Positions 20,651-30,528 are shown, counted from the first letter of the stretch. The stretch is DNA of 64,000 nucleotides from Opitutales bacterium (GCA_965197745.1 CBDANS010000007.1:1120001-1184000), one strand, 5' to 3'. Notes: generated by a model from the sequence alone, not told the origin. Numbers and translations are program-made.

Positions 20651-21079
20651 ATGGAGATATTCAAACTAAGTGCTGTATTATTTTTTTTGGCGGCAATTAT
20701 TATTCCTTCCTCTGAAGAGAAGGGTGATAAATCAACGGTTGAATTGGAACCCCTGGTATCCGTAGCTGAAATGAAAGACGGTGGAGCCTACGGGAAAGTG
20801 CTCAGTATCAGTTCTGAGTTCGGAAATATTAATACCGAATTTATAGATTCAGATTTGAAGGCGTTGGGGATCGAGCCTGAATCGTATTTTCGAATGAAAT
20901 ATAATAAATTTTCGGTTAAAGTTTTTTTTGGTAAAAATTACAGTGATGTCCCCAATGGCGATTGGGTAGCTCTCTGGCGCGACAGAAGACTGCGCATTGC
21001 CCGCAACTCAGAAAATGCGGCACAAACTCTCGGTTGCCAGGAAGGGGATAAGTTATTTATAGAGGCGATAACTAATTAA
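20651..21079 (+). CDS. Secreted protein consisting of a SAM hydroxide/halide adenosyltransferase (DUF62) C-terminal-like domain
   Basis: Signal-peptide-like N-terminus, then GKVLSI..EFGNINT...YSDVPNGDWVAL...LRIARNSENAAQTLG...GDKLFI, matching the DUF62 C-terminal pattern. Confidence 0.7.
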   Translation: MEIFKLSAVLFFLAAIIIPSSEEKGDKSTVELEPLVSVAEMKDGGAYGKVLSISSEFGNINTEFIDSDLKALGIEPESYFRMKYNKFSVKVFFGKNYSDVPNGDWVALWRDRRLRIARNSENAAQTLGCQEGDKLFIEAITN

Positions 21080-21082
21080 TTT

Positions 21083-21652
21083 ATGGAGAAAAATTTTGAG
21101 AGTGTCGTGAAAGAGAAACTTTCGGTCGCCATGTACCGGGAGAATCTCGATGACATTCCTCAATTTTCACTGCCCGCGGGTTTTTCAATCAGGCCATTTC
21201 AGCCAGGTGATGACAAGACGTGGGTTAATATCCAAAATGCAGCGGATAATTACTCTACTTTTACTCTCCAAAGTTTTCAGAAGGAGTTCGGATCGGATAT
21301 CCCGTTACTCAAAAAGCGAGTAAGATTTTTAACGGATAGTGGGAAAAATGACATTGGGACTACATCGGCGTGGTTTTATGATTACAAGGGACAACATTAT
21401 GGTCTCATCCATTGGGTTGCGATTCTCCCCGAGTGGCAGGGGCGTGAACTGGCTAAACCTTTGATGACAACGATATGTAATCTATTGAAAGAACTGGGCC
21501 ATGATAGAGCCTTATTGCATACCCAGTCTATGCGCTTCCCGGCAATTAAGCTGTATTCCCGGATGGGCTTTTTATCCTTAATTAGAAACGAACAGGAGCA
21601 AATCGCCTGGGACGTAATCCTTGAAAAGATTAATGCTGATTTCCGCGTATAA
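21083..21652 (+). CDS. GNAT-family N-acetyltransferase
   Basis: IHWVAILPEWQGRELAK motif A, AIKLYSRMGF motif B. Confidence 0.88.
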   Translation: MEKNFESVVKEKLSVAMYRENLDDIPQFSLPAGFSIRPFQPGDDKTWVNIQNAADNYSTFTLQSFQKEFGSDIPLLKKRVRFLTDSGKNDIGTTSAWFYDYKGQHYGLIHWVAILPEWQGRELAKPLMTTICNLLKELGHDRALLHTQSMRFPAIKLYSRMGFLSLIRNEQEQIAWDVILEKINADFRV

Positions 21653-21655
21653 AGG

Positions 21656-22270
21656 GTGCCAAAATTGCCTGACCATGAAAAACAGGGGTGTCCCCCTCAA
21701 TCGGGACCGACGATCCGTGCTTTTTTTGCTATCGCGCTGATAAATACTGTCAGGTCGGAATTAAATAACATAATCAATGAACTCCACCTGCGAAAAGGTG
21801 GTGACCGGGTACGGTGGGTCCGAGCAGAAAACCTCCATGTGACATTACATTTTCTGGGAAACATAGCATCGGATATTGTCCCGGATCTACTGAATAAGGT
21901 TGCTCTAGAGTTAGAAGATGAGGAAATATTCACCTGTCATTTGACATCGTTAGATCTGTTTCCGTCGGCAAAACGACCACGCGTTATTGCCCTCAGGTTA
22001 GGATCCGAAAAATATTTAATAGAGCTATCCGATGCCATTAAGCGCGGGGTTTCCGCTTTCGGGCTCCCTTCTGATCCGCGTCCTTTTAAAGCACATCTTA
22101 CTTTGGGAAGATTGCCGGGGACAACCTATCCATCGACAAAGAATGTGTCACTCGATGGGAATACACCCATAACCGTAAGTGAAGTATTATTGTATCAAAG
22201 TGAACTTCACCCTGACGGCCCGTTATATAAAGAAAGGGGAATGATAAAACTCGGCGCTGGTAAAAAATAA
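21656..22270 (+). CDS. thpR: RNA 2',3'-cyclic phosphodiesterase (2H family)
   Basis: RAFFAI, WVRAENLHVTLHFLG, FKAHLTLGR (two HxT motifs), SELHPDGPLY; start position uncertain. Confidence 0.9.
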   Translation: MPKLPDHEKQGCPPQSGPTIRAFFAIALINTVRSELNNIINELHLRKGGDRVRWVRAENLHVTLHFLGNIASDIVPDLLNKVALELEDEEIFTCHLTSLDLFPSAKRPRVIALRLGSEKYLIELSDAIKRGVSAFGLPSDPRPFKAHLTLGRLPGTTYPSTKNVSLDGNTPITVSEVLLYQSELHPDGPLYKERGMIKLGAGKK

Positions 22271-22296
22271 AATGAGAAGATTGTTCATGCTTCCGG

Positions 22297-22324
22297 CGGC
22301 CACGACAACGCGTGGCCCTCCGGA
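22297..22324 (-). repeat. GGAG-footed REP-like palindrome (family A)
   Basis: Reverse complement TCCGGAGGGCCACGCGTTGTCGTGGCCG is identical to 44991-45018. Confidence 0.85.
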
Positions 22325-22477
22325 CAAAGATCAATATCTTACCTGGAATCTAAGAACCGATATTAATGCATATCTCATAACGCGCTAGGGACAGCGCGTT
22401 CCACCGCAACATTGACATGAAGAAGGGAAAACCACGCTACGCAAATGCATTGGTGATAAATAAAGGTGTGGAGAAAA

Positions 22478-22586
22478 TCTTCGTCTTCGTCTGTCTCTTC
22501 GTCTACGTCCCTTAATTATTTACGAAATTACTGGTAATCCTATCTTTAACGAAGACGAAGACGTGAACGCAGACAAAGACGAAGAT
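22478..22586. repeat. Inverted pair of degenerate hexamer (GACGAA) tracts
   Basis: TCTTCGTCTTCGTCTGTCTCTTCGTCTACGTC faces AACGAAGACGAAGACGTGAACGCAGACAAAGACGAAGA between convergent genes. Confidence 0.7.
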
Positions 22587-22592
22587 ATTTAA

Positions 22593-23579
22593 TTATCCCC
22601 ACAATGTGGCATCAGGGGGGTAGACATAACCCTTTTCGTATCGGAGTCCATCGGGACGATCGTTGGTTAATAATAAGGGGCCATCTAAATCGACGACTTT
22701 TGCAAAGGACCCTAGCAAAGTGGCAGGCGCCATGGCCAGTGAAGTTCCGACCATGCAACCAATCATAATACTGAAGCCGGCATCACGAGCGGCGTGGGCG
22801 AGTCTAAGGGCCTCGGTTAATCCACCCGTTTTGTCCAGTTTGATATTAACCATTTCATAGAGTCCTTTCAGATTATTTATATCATTACTGGTATGGCACG
22901 ATTCATCTGCGCACAGGGGAACAGGGTGGTCAATTTCGGAGAGCTTTGCATCCTCTTCGGCAGGTAAAGGCTGTTCTATCATTTCGACGCCCTGGGAAGC
23001 GAGTTCGGAACCTAAACTTATCAATGTATCCAAGGACCACGCTTCGTTAGCGTCGATGATGACACGCGCTCCGGGAGCATTTTCGCGTACCGCAACTATC
23101 CGTTCAAGCACCTGGTGATTATCCAGTTTGATTTTTAAAAGTTGGGCGTCGGTTAACCGGGAAGCTGACCGTCCCATTACTTCCGGGGTATCCAAACTGA
23201 TCGTTTCTGCAGTGATCACTTCTTTAGGTTCTTCGATATCAGCTAACTGCCATGCGGGTTTTTCAGTCAACTTGGCTTCTAAATCCCAGAGCGCGCAATC
23301 TATAGCATTACGAGCGGCACCGGCTGGCATAACCGATTGTAAAGCGGTTCTATCCATACCTTCTTTTAAAGCAGCCTCTTGCGATTTGATAAGGGAAATC
23401 ACACCCTCAACCGTTTCATGATAACGCGGATAAGGAACTGATTCGCCACACCCCATCACTCCATTTTGGGTAATTTCTACGATAACAACGTGGGCTTCTG
23501 TTTTACTCCCCCGAGATATTGTAAATGCCGATTTCAACGGCCATATTTCAGCCTCAACTTTAATCTTTCTTGAAGCCAT
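22593..23579 (-). CDS. dgcA: Enolase-superfamily epimerase, N-acetyl-D-glutamate racemase DgcA / dipeptide epimerase
   Basis: FTISRGSKT, GESVPYPRY, AARNAIDCALWDL, KIK, DANE, EQP, ADES, NIKLDKTGG, DLDGP; directly downstream of dgcN. Confidence 0.85.
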   Translation of the reverse strand: MASRKIKVEAEIWPLKSAFTISRGSKTEAHVVIVEITQNGVMGCGESVPYPRYHETVEGVISLIKSQEAALKEGMDRTALQSVMPAGAARNAIDCALWDLEAKLTEKPAWQLADIEEPKEVITAETISLDTPEVMGRSASRLTDAQLLKIKLDNHQVLERIVAVRENAPGARVIIDANEAWSLDTLISLGSELASQGVEMIEQPLPAEEDAKLSEIDHPVPLCADESCHTSNDINNLKGLYEMVNIKLDKTGGLTEALRLAHAARDAGFSIMIGCMVGTSLAMAPATLLGSFAKVVDLDGPLLLTNDRPDGLRYEKGYVYPPDATLWG

Positions 23580-23595
23580 TATTTATTCAGGAATA

Positions 23596-24594
23596 TCAGA
23601 CGTTAATATTGTCTATAATAGCGCCTACACCTGTCCGTATGGGATCGACACAGGGCAATTGATAGGTATCGGTATTTTCTTTGAGGCAATCAATTGCTGT
23701 CTTTTCAGACAGCTCTTTCGTATTTATCGCTATGCCCACCATCTTAGCTTGTGGATTGGTTAACTGTGCGGCTTCTACATTGGCTTTGAGGCAGGAAGCG
23801 ATATCAGGCAGGGACTTGTCAGGCAGTCCGCGCATGTTCTGCCGGGTGGGTTCGTGACACAGAACGAGGGCATCTGCCTGGGCTCCGTGCAGCAATGCTA
23901 AAGTAACTCCAGCAAAAGAGGGATGGAATAAACTTCCCTGACCTTCGATTATATCCCAATGATCTTCGTCGTTCGCAGGTGCGATTACTTCCGTGGCTCC
24001 CGACATGAAGTCAGCAATAACCGCATCTACTGATATTCCTTCACCGGCTATAAGGATACCCGTTTGTCCCGTAGCGCGAAAATCTGCCTTCCAACCTCTA
24101 TTTTTCATCTCTTTCTCAATGGCGAGTGCGGCATACATTTTACCTACGGAGCAATCTGTCCCGACGGTAATTAAACGTTTTCCCGATCTTTTCACCCCAT
24201 TACCTACGGGTAAATGCTGATCCCAATGTCGGACATCGAACAAACTGCAGTTATTTTTATCAGCAGCTTCACGGATTTCGGGTATGGCGTTAAGACGCGT
24301 GTGTAATCCTGCGGCGATATCGAGGCCCAATTCTAGAGCGCGCGTAAGGGGAGGGTGCCAGTAATCGGGAATGACGCCCCCCCGATTTGCGACGCCGATA
24401 ATGAGTGTCCTGGCGCCTTTTTCCACGGATTCTTCCAGGGACATATCATTCAAGCCCGAGTCGGCTTGACAGCCATCCAGTCGCATCTGTCCGAGGCACC
24501 AATCCGGTCGCCAATAAGCGACTCCATCAGCTGTCTTTGCCGCTAATTGATCATGAGCGTCACCTAAGAATAGTAAGTAAGGGTGCTTAATCAT
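23596..24594 (-). CDS. dgcN: DUF1611 N-acetyltransferase DgcN
   Basis: PYLLFLGDA...AAKTA.G..YWRPDWCLGQ, VGTDCSVGKM, ATGQTG, EGQGSLFHP, LLHGAQ. Confidence 0.88.
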   Translation of the reverse strand: MIKHPYLLFLGDAHDQLAAKTADGVAYWRPDWCLGQMRLDGCQADSGLNDMSLEESVEKGARTLIIGVANRGGVIPDYWHPPLTRALELGLDIAAGLHTRLNAIPEIREAADKNNCSLFDVRHWDQHLPVGNGVKRSGKRLITVGTDCSVGKMYAALAIEKEMKNRGWKADFRATGQTGILIAGEGISVDAVIADFMSGATEVIAPANDEDHWDIIEGQGSLFHPSFAGVTLALLHGAQADALVLCHEPTRQNMRGLPDKSLPDIASCLKANVEAAQLTNPQAKMVGIAINTKELSEKTAIDCLKENTDTYQLPCVDPIRTGVGAIIDNINV

Positions 24595-24815
24595 ACATTA
24601 TCGAGTTTCTTTATAGGAATCTCCTGTTTAGTGAGCGAGGTAGTTTCTTTTTTCTTCAGCGTCAATTTATTTTGCGCAATGGCTCTGCCTATTATATTTC
24701 TAACATTCAGTATTCGTTCCACGAATTGTCACTCTGCCTCCTTTTTAAAGATTATCGATTATAGTTTGCACTATTGAGGGGTATTAAAGTAAAGTAAAAT
24801 TAATCGTTAATCCCG

Positions 24816-26024
24816 TTGCGTGGCACTTATATTCATATTCAAAGAGGACGGCAACCATTGGTATTACTGGTAATAGCTGTCGTTATTTTCGTTTATCCTT
24901 TCAGCATTGATACAATAGCGACAACCCCATCTTCGAGAAGTAAATTAGACCGTGATTTGATTAAAGCGGTAGGTGACGGGAAATCCACAATCGCGCGCTA
25001 TCTTCTCGCCACCGGAGCTGATCCCAACACGGAAATATCCGAGGGATGGACGGTCCTGATGGAAGCAGCTGAAAAGGGCAATAGGACACTGTTCGATAGT
25101 TTGCTGGCGCGAGGCGCAGACCCCGGGGCTCGCAGGCATGATGGCTACACCACATTAATGGCCGCGGCCAAAGGTGGAGATGAACATATATACAATGCGA
25201 TATTAACCGTGACCGGTTATGAAAGCGTCGTCAGCTCTGTCGGTTACTCACTTCTCATGGCAGCGGCTGCAGGTGGTAACGAAGCTATTTTTAATGCCGT
25301 CAGGCGACGGGGAATCAGTCTCGAGGCGAAAGATAATAACCATTACAGTGTTCTCATGGGCGCAGCAGAAGGCGGTAACCTGGAAATATTTAATAGCGTT
25401 TTAAAAGCTGATAAAAATGTGCTGGCTGTTGACAATAATGGTTGGACACTGGCCCATGCCGCGGCATCAGGCGGCAGTTCTGAAATATTTCACATCGTTC
25501 TTGATCGTGGTTGTGATATTCATGCCCGGAGCAATAATGGAAGCTCAGTCCTTCTAGCTGCGGTTATTGGAGGCAAGACTTCAATTATTACCCTTTGCCT
25601 TGAGGTGGGCATTGATCCCAATACAGGGGATGACGAGGGATCAACCCCGCTTATGCGAGCGATGAACAGGAGCAACCTATTTCTGGCGCGCTTTCTCCTG
25701 AAATCTGGCGCAGCTATCAACGCGCGCGGTAACACGGGATTAACCGTTCTTCATGAACAGGCGAAATCAGACGATTACGACAAACTGCAATTCTTGTTAA
25801 AGGCGGGGGCGGACCCTAATAAACCTGATGATTCAGGAAGGACAGCGCTCATGCATGCGGCAGGGAGGGGTGATTATCGCATTGTCAGGCTCATGCTGCG
25901 TCACGGTGCCAAACCGGAACGTGTAGATCATTCCGGTTTGAAGGCCAGCGATTATGCGGCAAACGCAAAAAAAAATAAAGTCGCGGCGATGCTTGAAGAT
26001 GAAGAAAGGAAATTGGCGCTTTAA
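24816..26024 (+). CDS. Ankyrin-repeat protein, probably exported
   Basis: About 10 repeats of G-x-T/S-x-LM-x-AA-x2-G...GADPN; N-terminal hydrophobic stretch; start position uncertain. Confidence 0.92.
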   Translation: MRGTYIHIQRGRQPLVLLVIAVVIFVYPFSIDTIATTPSSRSKLDRDLIKAVGDGKSTIARYLLATGADPNTEISEGWTVLMEAAEKGNRTLFDSLLARGADPGARRHDGYTTLMAAAKGGDEHIYNAILTVTGYESVVSSVGYSLLMAAAAGGNEAIFNAVRRRGISLEAKDNNHYSVLMGAAEGGNLEIFNSVLKADKNVLAVDNNGWTLAHAAASGGSSEIFHIVLDRGCDIHARSNNGSSVLLAAVIGGKTSIITLCLEVGIDPNTGDDEGSTPLMRAMNRSNLFLARFLLKSGAAINARGNTGLTVLHEQAKSDDYDKLQFLLKAGADPNKPDDSGRTALMHAAGRGDYRIVRLMLRHGAKPERVDHSGLKASDYAANAKKNKVAAMLEDEERKLAL

Positions 26025-26102
26025 GAGGATTCGCGCTACCCGAGATATTAGCGTTGCCTTGATCTCGATGACGGTTTAAATCGAACGCTGATTTATTAGA
26101 AT

Positions 26103-26178
26103 GGGGCCGTAGCTCAGTTGGAAGAGCGCCACAATGGCATTGTGGAAGTCGTCGGTTCGATCCCGATCGGCTCCACCA
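26103..26178 (+). tRNA. tRNA-Ala (GGC)
   Basis: GGGGCCG acceptor stem with G3:U70, anticodon arm CCACA-ATGGCAT-TGTGG, GGTTCGATCCC T-loop, encoded CCA; 76 nt. Confidence 0.97.
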
Positions 26179-26323
26179 AACTTTGCGTTGCAAAGTTTGC
26201 CAGCCGTAGTTCCGCGATAGCGAGACGTAGGCTGGCCTTTCGTAATCATCAGCCAGCAACAACTGGCCTTTCCAAAAATCAGCCACCTACTCCTGGCACT
26301 TCGCAATCAACAGCACCCATTCC

Positions 26324-27229
26324 CTATCGCATCAAGGATTTTTGAAGCCTGACACGTGTAACGATCCTGATCGCGGGAACGATTTCCTCTACTTCAATGA
26401 TCAATGCCGTAAAAGTATTATCTTTAATCCCGGGGGCATTGAATGCGGTTCGATTAACCTGGTTAATACGTATGGGTTGGGAGGATTGGATATCCATTGA
26501 AATATTCGACCACGATATGAAATAAAAGCTTTCTGATTGAGTGATTTTTACTTCTTCATCGGTCCCGAGATTCCAATTTAAAGAAATCGGATATCTTTTC
26601 CCCAGTTTAAAATTAATGTCATCGCTGATTCTCATTTCCGTGTCACTCCAGTTGACGTCACGATGCCAGTGCGCGAGATCTTTATAACAGAGTGTTGGGT
26701 TGACGCGTAAATTGCCACCCTTGGTATCGAGATTGCGCACGTTGATAGAAGCTGGCTTGAGAAGAGGCACTTCGTTGAGCTGTAAAATATTATACATGGA
26801 TGGATCACCCTGCACCGCGGTTTCAAGGGAAGAGGATTCAACAGGATTGCCACCGGTTATGAGTATCGGTATTCCTTTATAAATAAAAGAAACATGCCCT
26901 CGTGCATAGGGAATATTATTTTGAATTTCCGGTGCTCCGAAAATTGAGACTATGGAGGCGTCGTCTTCCAGACTGTCACTCCACGCGATACGCATATTTT
27001 TGGTGTCAAAGGCAAAAATGGACGGTGCACCGATTCGATCACTGAATTTACTCCCTTCAGTAATGAATGAGAAAGACTGATCCTCAGATATTGTAGAAGC
27101 GTCACCCGTAGTCGGTGAAAATTGCTTTTCTGAAGACGATGAAGCTTGATCACTATTTTCTGACGCGGGCCCACAGGAGCATAGGGCCAGAGCAAAGACC
27201 AGAATAACTATCAAGGTATGGACCTTCAT
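26324..27229 (-). CDS. Hypothetical lipoprotein; C-terminal half resembles a heparinase II/III-type beta-sandwich
   Basis: Lipobox ALCSC, Ser-rich linker, WHRDVNWSDTEMRISDDI strand pattern (weak). Confidence 0.6.
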   Translation of the reverse strand: MKVHTLIVILVFALALCSCGPASENSDQASSSSEKQFSPTTGDASTISEDQSFSFITEGSKFSDRIGAPSIFAFDTKNMRIAWSDSLEDDASIVSIFGAPEIQNNIPYARGHVSFIYKGIPILITGGNPVESSSLETAVQGDPSMYNILQLNEVPLLKPASINVRNLDTKGGNLRVNPTLCYKDLAHWHRDVNWSDTEMRISDDINFKLGKRYPISLNWNLGTDEEVKITQSESFYFISWSNISMDIQSSQPIRINQVNRTAFNAPGIKDNTFTALIIEVEEIVPAIRIVTRVRLQKSLMR

Positions 27230-27306
27230 TTATAAGGTAAGGCAATAAAATTAGCTATGAGTCAAGTATCGATCGTGAACACTTGATTATCCTTATGGGA
27301 TATAAT

Positions 27307-27345
27307 AAAAAACAGACCGGCTATCTCTGAGAAAAGGCCGGTCTG
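27307..27345 (-). terminator. Rho-independent terminator of amtB-glnK
   Basis: CAGACCGGC...GCCGGTCTG stem followed by a T6 tract on the minus strand. Confidence 0.8.
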
Positions 27346-27370
27346 ATTAATAAGTGTTAAATTAGGGGAA

Positions 27371-27733
<363 letters not shown>

Positions 27734-27794
27734 TTAATAGTTAGTCATTCAATAATTTCTTGGCAAGCCGAACTTTAAACTAATCTGGAGTTCA

Positions 27795-29180
27795 TTAACG
27801 GGTCCTCATCTGGAAGTCGCCGTAAGCCTCTTGTCCATGTTCACCGATGTCGAGTCCTTCAAATTCCTCCTCCTCCGAGACCCGAACCCCTACGGTTGCT
27901 TTCAAAATGCCGAAAACGGTCAGGGCAAATATAAAGGACCAGGCACTGATCGAAAGTGTGCCGATAATCTGCGTTCCGACAGAGTGTTCTGCGCTGAAGA
28001 TGCCGACAGCAATAGTTCCCCAATTACCGCAAATACCGTGCACCGATATGGCGCCGACGGGATCGTCTATTCTGAATTTGTCAAATATGAGGATAGCAAA
28101 TACTACGATTACACCAGCGATAAGGCCTATAATAACGGCTTCACCGACTCCGACCGAGTCCGCGCCAGCAGTAATTCCCACAAGCCCGGCGAGAATTCCG
28201 TTCAGGGCCATAGAAAGGTCAGGTTTTTTCAATACTGTCCATGAAGTGACGATGGAGGCAACTCCTCCCGCAGCTGCGGCCAGAGTGGTCGTTGTTACTA
28301 CATAGGAGATAAGAGCCGGATCTGCCGAGAGAACAGAACCCCCATTAAATCCAAACCAACCCAGGAAGAGGAGGAATACACCCATGGTAGCGAGCGGGAA
28401 ACTGTGCGCGGGAATGGGTCGAATTCTACCCCCTTCGAGGTATTTGCCCTTCCTCGGACCGAGTAAGAGCACGCAGGCCAATGCTCCGTAGCCGCCGAAA
28501 GCGTGGACGACGGAAGAGCCGGCAAAGTCATAGAAACCTTTGGTCTCAAGCCATCCACCGCCCCATTTCCAGGCCCCCGAGATGGGATAAGCAAGGGCGA
28601 CGAAAAGTGTCACAAATACCATAAAACTCGGCAGTTTCACCCGTTCTGCGACTGCCCCCGAGACAATCGTGGCCCCGGTCGCAGCAAACATCGCCTGGAA
28701 GAAAAAGTCGGTCCAGGTGGTCATATTCAACCCATAACCTTCTGGTGTCATAAATTTGAAATTTTCAATGTCGCCAAGGCTGGGAATAAAAAATCCAGCA
28801 AACCCGAGTATTCCGTTCTTAATTAAATTAAAATCTCCCGGATACATCAGATTAAATCCACAAATATAGTAAGTTAGTATACCGATCGAGATGATGAAAA
28901 CGTTTTTAAAGAGAACATTTACACAATTCTTTTGCTGAGTGAGGCCGGATTCCAAAGTGGAAAAACCAAGATGCATGATAAAAACCAGCATTCCCGCAAT
29001 GAGAACCCAGAGATTATCTACCATAAACTTGGTATAGATTATGGGCTGTTCCTGAAACTCGGCCACGGTTTCATAAGCTGGAGTTTCATTCTCCTGCCCG
29101 AAGAGAGGATTAATAAAAGGACATAACACCAATACCGTTAGGCCTAATATTAATCCTGATTTTTTTAATTGAGTCATCAT
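27795..29180 (-). CDS. amtB: Ammonium transporter
   Basis: GFSTLESG, FQAMFA, SGAVAER, DFAGSSVVH, GWFGFNGGS, DDPVGAISVHG; start placed at ATG 29180, downstream of the sigma-54 promoter. Confidence 0.95.
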   Translation of the reverse strand: MMTQLKKSGLILGLTVLVLCPFINPLFGQENETPAYETVAEFQEQPIIYTKFMVDNLWVLIAGMLVFIMHLGFSTLESGLTQQKNCVNVLFKNVFIISIGILTYYICGFNLMYPGDFNLIKNGILGFAGFFIPSLGDIENFKFMTPEGYGLNMTTWTDFFFQAMFAATGATIVSGAVAERVKLPSFMVFVTLFVALAYPISGAWKWGGGWLETKGFYDFAGSSVVHAFGGYGALACVLLLGPRKGKYLEGGRIRPIPAHSFPLATMGVFLLFLGWFGFNGGSVLSADPALISYVVTTTTLAAAAGGVASIVTSWTVLKKPDLSMALNGILAGLVGITAGADSVGVGEAVIIGLIAGVIVVFAILIFDKFRIDDPVGAISVHGICGNWGTIAVGIFSAEHSVGTQIIGTLSISAWSFIFALTVFGILKATVGVRVSEEEEFEGLDIGEHGQEAYGDFQMRTR

Positions 29181-29220
29181 ACCTGTATATAATTTAAAGT
29201 TCAGAGATATACCGCGTTTA

Positions 29221-29237
29221 AGCATTCCCTGTGCCAA
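29221..29237 (-). promoter_or_regulatory. Sigma-54 (-24/-12) promoter of amtB-glnK
   Basis: Minus strand TTGGCACAGGGAATGCT (GG-N10-GC), about 40 nt upstream of the amtB ATG. Confidence 0.8.
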
Positions 29238-29563
29238 TACCCTCAAAAGAACTTATCCTACACGCTGCCAAACACCTGTCCGGAAAAGGATGAATTATGA
29301 TTTTATACTAATCCGGCTGGAATTTGCCTTATTTCTCAATAAGTGCCTGCCCATTTAATGTCTTTTCAGCTGATCGAGAACCCTCGTCATTATGATTTCG
29401 TAGGCTAAACATTTATAAATCCTGTATAATTTTAACCACTTATTCTTCCGGGTCATCTATTTATGCTTACTAAGAATTCAAGAAGGCAGTCTATTAAGAA
29501 TGACTTGCCCGGGCTAATCTTATAACCGTTGACCGGGAAACTGAATATAGTAGGAATAAGCAT

Positions 29564-30340
29564 ATGAAATTAAAAGACCGTACCGCTCTTGTCACCGGAG
29601 CAAGTAAAGGAATTGGGCGTGCCATTGCATTGGCCTATGCCAAAGAAGGAGCCAATGTGGCGATCACGGGTCGAGCGGTTGAAGAACTGAAATCGCTACA
29701 AGATGAAATCAATAATCTGGGAGGCCGCGCATCGGTGGTCGTTGCTGATCTGTTCTCACGCGATGAAGTGGATAAGGTTTGGGACCACTGCCAGAATAAT
29801 TTTGATAAGTTAGATATCCTCGTTAATAATGCTGGTATCGGAAGTAGCGCTAATCCAAAACCGGTAATAGACTTAGAGGAAAATTTCTGGGAGAAAATGC
29901 ATTTTATCAATTTAACCGTTCCCTTCCTTTTATCTAAATGCGCTTTGCCGAAGATGATTGAACAACAATACGGACGAATAATTAATATTTCTTCTATAGC
30001 GGGGAAATTGCCATCATTACATGGCGCTTCTTATACTTCCAGCAAAGCGGGATTGCTGGGACTTACTCGGACCCTGGCCCTGGAGACGGCAAAGGAGGGT
30101 ATTACGGTCAACGCAATATGTCCGGGACCGGTTCATACCGATATCCATGATAAAAGAATGGAATACGACTCGAAAAGACTGGGCATTACCAAAGATGAAA
30201 TTGCCGCGTCGTCTACCCCTTTGGGGCGCCGCCTGGAACCCCATGAATTGGCCCCCTTGGCGGTATTTCTCGCAAGTGATGAGGCCGCGGTAATTACAGG
30301 GCAGAGCTATAATATCGACGGGGGTATCCTGATGTCGTAA
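29564..30340 (+). CDS. Short-chain dehydrogenase/reductase
   Basis: TGASKGIG, NNAG, YTSSK, NAICPG, IDGG. Confidence 0.93.
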   Translation: MKLKDRTALVTGASKGIGRAIALAYAKEGANVAITGRAVEELKSLQDEINNLGGRASVVVADLFSRDEVDKVWDHCQNNFDKLDILVNNAGIGSSANPKPVIDLEENFWEKMHFINLTVPFLLSKCALPKMIEQQYGRIINISSIAGKLPSLHGASYTSSKAGLLGLTRTLALETAKEGITVNAICPGPVHTDIHDKRMEYDSKRLGITKDEIAASSTPLGRRLEPHELAPLAVFLASDEAAVITGQSYNIDGGILMS

Positions 30341-30366
30341 ATAACACTAACAATTATAATAAAGAA

Positions 30367-30528
30367 ATGAATAAATTGTGTATATTTGTAGGACTTACTA
30401 TCGGCAGCTACGTCGGATGGTGGGGCGGAGCACATTGGGGCATAATGTATGCGTTTATCCTCAGCTCGATCGGTAGTCTGGCCGATGTTTATCTCGGGTG
30501 GCGTATTAACCGGCAATTTTTCAGCTAG
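30367..30528 (+). CDS. Small Gly-rich two-helix membrane protein (53 aa)
   Basis: Below the ORF-track cutoff: MNKLCIFVGLTIGSYVGWWGGAHWGIMYAFILSSIGSLADVYLGWRINRQFFS; same strand as both neighbours. Confidence 0.7.
   Translation: MNKLCIFVGLTIGSYVGWWGGAHWGIMYAFILSSIGSLADVYLGWRINRQFFS

Noticed and set aside
27831..28826. Long antisense ORFs over amtB, and similar shadow ORFs over aspS, the MFS gene and the oxidoreductase
   Set aside because: They are opposite-strand or alternate-frame shadows of well-supported genes.
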